DNA of 64,000 bases from an uncultured virus (IMG/VR IMGVR_UViG_3300033121_001607) (Duplodnaviria > Heunggongvirae > Uroviricota > Caudoviricetes). Positions 60,175 to 64,000 of the stretch are shown here, in pieces. The stretch lies in the IMG/VR virus record IMGVR_UViG_3300033121_001607, one strand, 5' to 3'. The notes beneath the pieces were generated by a model. The model was not told the origin of the DNA and ran no database searches. It was given only the letters and a program-made list of their open reading frames with translations. The position numbers and the translations under genes are program-made. Every line of letters begins with the position of its first letter. Position 1 is the first letter of the stretch.

Positions 60175-61020
60175 TTAAAAACACATTTGTTGCTTATCCC
60201 CAGACATCGCATAAGAACTCTTTTTAACAATCAAAATTTCTTCCGCAGAATCTTTTTCTTCAAGAGTTTGCATATGCTTAACAACACTTTTCCTATAGAT
60301 TGTATAACCCTTACTTGCTGGATAAAGATTTTCAATACTTGGGCTATAATAATAGGATATTGCAATAGATCCCTGAACTCCATCTAAGTATTTAGCCATA
60401 TCTTCATGGATAAATCCATCAGTCATGTTGACATGATAAAACATCTTTTCGACATTCTCGTAAGGAGGATCAAGATAAAACAAAGCTTCTGGGCAATCCC
60501 ACTTTTTGATACATTCCTTATAATCAAGATTCTCGATATAGACGCCCTTGAAAAACCTAGCACATCTATCAATAAAACGAGGTAAACCCGCCCAAGATAA
60601 ACAAATATTCTCTCCCGTTCTTGAGACGCACCACGTTCCGTCCTCTTTCCCGAACATGGATTGTCTATTGTAAATTAGGTAGTTTCTTGCCCACTCAACA
60701 GGATTTTCTTTTATAAAATCTCGTTTTGATTCAATATATTCAACTGCTTTTTCGAAATCTTCTCTAGAATACGGCGTCAGTTCTACCTTCTCAATAAAAG
60801 CATCTTTATGTTCTCTAAGAACTCTAAATAAATTCCAAACATGACTATCTAAGTCATTATAGATTAAGCGATACTTGCCATCGGTTTTTGGCAAAACGAA
60901 GCCAACAGCAAAGCTTCCTCCAAAAGGCTCACAATACAGAGTATGCTTTGGAAGCAAGCTCTTAATCCAATCTCTAAGCTTAACTTTACCGCCAACTCTT
61001 TTTATGATTGTATCTGCCAT
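60175..61020 (-). CDS. Dam-like (D12 class) DNA adenine methyltransferase
   Basis: GGK, EPFGGS, YNDLD, YLDPPY. Confidence 0.9.
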   Translation of the reverse strand: MADTIIKRVGGKVKLRDWIKSLLPKHTLYCEPFGGSFAVGFVLPKTDGKYRLIYNDLDSHVWNLFRVLREHKDAFIEKVELTPYSREDFEKAVEYIESKRDFIKENPVEWARNYLIYNRQSMFGKEDGTWCVSRTGENICLSWAGLPRFIDRCARFFKGVYIENLDYKECIKKWDCPEALFYLDPPYENVEKMFYHVNMTDGFIHEDMAKYLDGVQGSIAISYYYSPSIENLYPASKGYTIYRKSVVKHMQTLEEKDSAEEILIVKKSSYAMSGDKQQMCF

Positions 61021-61520
61021 TTATTATCTTTCTTCACAACAAGAAGACCTTTATCAACTTGAACTCTTTTGACTTTATCCATATATTTTTCTTTCGTTAT
61101 ATGGTTAGTACAAAGTTTTTCTACTTCTGGAGATTTCTCGAAGTTTTCTTTTGTTACAAAGAAAGCGCCTTTACAGTCGTTGCTGATTTCGACATAATAA
61201 TCAACCTTGTTGTGACGAGGATTGTGACTAATGCTTTTTCGTCGCGCTATATCTATTCCTTCTTTTAGGAAGGGGCATGAAAGGCCGTTTTTCCAAGGCG
61301 TCTTAATAGAAACGTCAAAATAAATTGTTCGACCATTTTTGTCGCCTTTTACATCCCAGAATGAAGAGTCTCCATCAAGCATCTCTTTTTCTCTTAAACA
61401 GATGTTTGTATAATGCATGGCCTCAAGAATCTCTTTTAGAGCAGATTTTCCAGTTGGATCATAAATCTGATTTAACTGATCATCAAACTCTTTTTGATTA
61501 TCTAGAAACCTCATAATCAA
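61002..61520 (-). CDS. Hypothetical protein, possible PD-(D/E)xK nuclease
   Basis: WDVKG....IYFDVSIK..W resembles a D...(D/E)xxK core. Confidence 0.45.
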   Translation of the reverse strand: MIMRFLDNQKEFDDQLNQIYDPTGKSALKEILEAMHYTNICLREKEMLDGDSSFWDVKGDKNGRTIYFDVSIKTPWKNGLSCPFLKEGIDIARRKSISHNPRHNKVDYYVEISNDCKGAFFVTKENFEKSPEVEKLCTNHITKEKYMDKVKRVQVDKGLLVVKKDNKWQIQS

Positions 61521-62905
61521 TACCTATCTACGCCCCCGGCGTCTTCTGTTACATCTCTATCTTCAAATAGCTCTTCGCTGACAGTCTTCTCTTCAGTCTT
61601 TGTAACAACCTCTCCGAAGAAGTCCTGGTCTTGAACAAAATACTTGTCGTCGAAGCCAAGGAACCTCTCCCAAATCAAGTCATACTTCAACGGGTCTGGA
61701 CCATAAGCAATACCAAGCACTCTAAGAAGAACGCTTGCATAGCCTGAACCTCGACCGCAGCCAGTAAGGATTGATTTATTAGTAGCCTCTTGAATGTAAT
61801 CACGAACAATAAGGAAGTAAGTTGCGAAATCGTACTTATTGTTTTCCCATGCAACTCTAACGTCTTCAAGTTCTCTCTTGAGTCTCTCCTTATGAGGCTC
61901 GCTACGAGCCCATCCAAGCTTTTTCATACCTTCCCATGCAATATGGGAAAGATAATCGAACGGAGAAGCGAAACCTTCTGGGATTTTATACCTAGGCAAT
62001 CTCATACCAGAAGTCATGTTCTCAAAGATATCCTTAGCGTCTATCTTGTCAGCAACCATAACTGTATTGAGAAGAAACTCTGGATGAGAACCGAACATCA
62101 CAGACATCTCAAGAGCAGACTTAAGATAGAACTCATGATACGGGAAGTGCAATCTCTTTGGGTCATTGAGACAGCGGCTCGTACTCATACACATCAATAT
62201 CTCTTGCGAGGAGCCATGTTCTTTCTTGCAATAATGGCAATCATTTGTGGCGATAATCGGAACATTCATCTCGTTGCCAAGCTTTATGATATCAGGAATA
62301 ATAGCGGCTTCAGCCTCAATCCCATGATACATAACTTCTAAATGGAAATCTTCCTTGAAGATATCCTTAAAGAGGGCAACAGACTTCTTCGCCTGATCAT
62401 AACGATCATGAAGCAGATTCGCATTGATAACACTACTGAGACATGCGGAATTGCATATCAAACCTTCGCTATGTTCAGCTAGAAGGTTGATATCAATTCT
62501 CGGGTCAATGTATACGCCCTCCGTCCATGATTTCTGTGATAGAGAGCAAAGATTTTGCCAGCCTGCCCAATTCTTTGCGATAAGAACTAAGTGGCGATTA
62601 CCTTTTCTTCCGTCAGGTTGACCCTTAGCGATTTTGCTGCCGTCTTTTTTCTCGCCTCTCAAATGACGGTCTTTAGATAAGTAAAACTCGCAACCGATAA
62701 TAGGCTTTATGCCTTCTTTATTGCATTCTTGAGTAAACTTGACTGCTCCGCCCATATTACCGTGATCAGTTAATGCTAAAGCCTTAAACCCCATTTCCTT
62801 AGCAGCTTTAGGAAACTGAGATATCTTATTCAGTCCGTCAAAGGAAGAATATTCGGAATGATTGTGCAAATGCACAAAATCGCTGTTGCTTATGATTTTT
62901 GCCAT
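61517..62905 (-). CDS. dnaE: DNA polymerase III alpha, N-terminal part (PHP domain and first palm segment)
   Basis: VHLHNHSEYS..DG, LTDHG, GCEFY, HLVL, TNDCHY, YFLIV.D, GRGSG, DPLKYDLIWERFL; start ATG 62905 (or 62911). Confidence 0.93.
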   Translation of the reverse strand: MAKIISNSDFVHLHNHSEYSSFDGLNKISQFPKAAKEMGFKALALTDHGNMGGAVKFTQECNKEGIKPIIGCEFYLSKDRHLRGEKKDGSKIAKGQPDGRKGNRHLVLIAKNWAGWQNLCSLSQKSWTEGVYIDPRIDINLLAEHSEGLICNSACLSSVINANLLHDRYDQAKKSVALFKDIFKEDFHLEVMYHGIEAEAAIIPDIIKLGNEMNVPIIATNDCHYCKKEHGSSQEILMCMSTSRCLNDPKRLHFPYHEFYLKSALEMSVMFGSHPEFLLNTVMVADKIDAKDIFENMTSGMRLPRYKIPEGFASPFDYLSHIAWEGMKKLGWARSEPHKERLKRELEDVRVAWENNKYDFATYFLIVRDYIQEATNKSILTGCGRGSGYASVLLRVLGIAYGPDPLKYDLIWERFLGFDDKYFVQDQDFFGEVVTKTEEKTVSEELFEDRDVTEDAGGVDRY

Positions 62906-62911
62906 AGTCAT

Positions 62912-62919
62912 GTATCGAC
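62912..62919 (-). promoter_or_regulatory. GTCGATAC box 6 nt upstream of the SD-less dnaE-N ATG (62905)
   Basis: GTCGATAC-ATGACT-ATG. Confidence 0.6.
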
Positions 62920-62948
62920 GCTACACGACTCAGATTTAGAAAGAAACA

Positions 62949-63227
62949 CTAACCGTGTTTCTTGGGATCAAATCGTTCTCGAATACCCTTTTCTTTATCA
63001 TGAACCCACTTAGGCCGTGTTTTCCTAATATGGTCACGAACATCGGAACATCTGTCCCAGGCTGGTTTGCTGTCTCTAATAGCTGGCGCACAAATAGCTC
63101 TACGGATTGGCTTGCCGCTTTCAGGGTCAACAGTAAGAGCGTCGGCTTTTATGCTTTGAAAAACCTCAAACGTCTCGCCTGTTGGTTCGCCTTCTTTATC
63201 CAGTATTTCGTATATGTAGGTCGGCAT
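62949..63227 (-). CDS. FmdB-like protein, Cys-less variant
   Basis: MPTY.Y...GETFEVFQSI....LTVDPESGKPIRR. Confidence 0.65.
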   Translation of the reverse strand: MPTYIYEILDKEGEPTGETFEVFQSIKADALTVDPESGKPIRRAICAPAIRDSKPAWDRCSDVRDHIRKTRPKWVHDKEKGIRERFDPKKHG

Positions 63228-63448
63228 TAATTTTTACTATATCCTGCGCATTGAATAACAATGGAAGTAATAAAATTCTTTTTGTACACTTTCCATTCAA
63301 CTTGCCTGCCAAAGACAGTAATTCTTACAGGCTCAATTGGATTTGAACAATCTACTGTTTCGCAATCATTACATAACGGAGATACAACCCCAAGAGGCCC
63401 AACAGGAAGCCTATCAAGAGGAACAAGTTTGCACTTATACTGACTCAC
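63227..63448 (-). CDS. Small Cys-rich hypothetical protein
   Basis: CNDC...C, GTG start with GGAG. Confidence 0.55.
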   Translation of the reverse strand: MSQYKCKLVPLDRLPVGPLGVVSPLCNDCETVDCSNPIEPVRITVFGRQVEWKVYKKNFITSIVIQCAGYSKN

Positions 63449-63948
63449 TCGCTATCATCTCTCCTCTTAATTTTCTTTGTTACGTCTTGCGCTTTTTTGA
63501 GAGCAATTTGTCTTTCTTGCAAGATATTTCTTGCTTCTTCTTCAGTAAGTTCAGTTTGATCAGCCGCTGCTGACAGAGACACAGCCGGCGTAGCGCCATC
63601 AATCGCATTTTGAATATCATTCAGCCTTGCTTGCTCTTGACGGATTTGCTCTCTAACAGCCTCGGGATACTCAGATAAATCATCGCCATCATCTTGTTCT
63701 AAATTAACAATGGTTGGTCCATTTGTTATATTTTTGGGCTTAAATATTGGTCTTGAAGAAACCAATCTTGGTCTAGGCAAGGAAGAAGATTTTTGAGCAA
63801 CAGTTTTTTGCACCGGCAAAGAAGCTGAAACAGTTCGTTTGCCCTCAAGGACTCCTTGAGCAATCAAAAAATCGGTTATCTCAGCAAACATCCCAACGGG
63901 AAAGCTGATAGCGATTTCCCCATTTTCGTCTAAAACACCGATAGACAT
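63445..63948 (-). CDS. Hypothetical protein
   Basis: ORF overlapping the next start. Confidence 0.55.
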   Translation of the reverse strand: MSIGVLDENGEIAISFPVGMFAEITDFLIAQGVLEGKRTVSASLPVQKTVAQKSSSLPRPRLVSSRPIFKPKNITNGPTIVNLEQDDGDDLSEYPEAVREQIRQEQARLNDIQNAIDGATPAVSLSAAADQTELTEEEARNILQERQIALKKAQDVTKKIKRRDDSE

Positions 63949-64000
63949 GCCGCAATCAGCGGACTCATAAAGCCTTAGCCAAATGGAGAAAACAGCGTCT

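Noticed and set aside
59313..61516. Split intein or intron joining the dnaE halves
   Set aside because: No intein terminal motifs; the interval is fully tiled by overlapping ORFs with no space for an RNA core.
62936..63130. Alternative 64-aa minus-strand ORF
   Set aside because: Overlaps the better-supported FmdB-like ORF in another frame.
630..63573. Numerous plus-strand ORFs (e.g. 6346..7182, 46935..47489, 61790..62341) and nested minus-strand ORFs
   Set aside because: All overlap well-supported minus-strand genes and show no recognisable motifs; treated as shadow ORFs.
1..64000. tRNA or rRNA genes
   Set aside because: None recognised; nearly all intergenic gaps are too short. A tRNAscan/Infernal run would be needed to be certain.

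Overview
Gene-dense, AT-rich 64 kb segment. Essentially every real gene lies on the minus strand, with overlapping starts and stops. The content points to a huge (jumbo) bacteriophage or a similar large extrachromosomal element rather than a cellular chromosome: gp32-like SSB, dNMP kinase, Gam-like and Cas4-like proteins, an intein, a free-standing LAGLIDADG gene, long Ser/Thr/Asn-rich putative virion proteins, many orphans and no ribosomal genes. Three blocks, read in transcription order (right to left). (1) 64-44 kb, replication/recombination: DnaE split into two genes with four genes between them, SSB, RecA, primase core, Cas4-like nuclease, SpoVS, UvrD with an intein, two DNA methyltransferases. 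(2) 44.5-26.6 kb, a soluble glycan-synthesis island: CMP-nonulosonate (KDN-like) genes, GDP-fucose genes, a phosphoribulokinase/class II aldolase fusion with nucleotidyltransferase, HAD and GDPD-like partners, about ten glycosyltransferase-like ORFs and O-methyltransferases, with no export machinery. (3) 26-0 kb: IMPDH-family, TopA, DnaX, a SigH-like sigma factor, DnaN, HolA, DnaJ, an epimerase invaded by a homing endonuclease, RuvC, a plant/fungal-type CCA-adding enzyme with extensions, and putative structural genes. Reading the intergenic DNA shows a recurrent GTCGAWW promoter-like box. It sits exactly 6 nt before the ATG of two SD-less genes and overlaps two RBS-sequestering GAAA hairpins. 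All functional calls come from motif recognition by eye; no database search was run.
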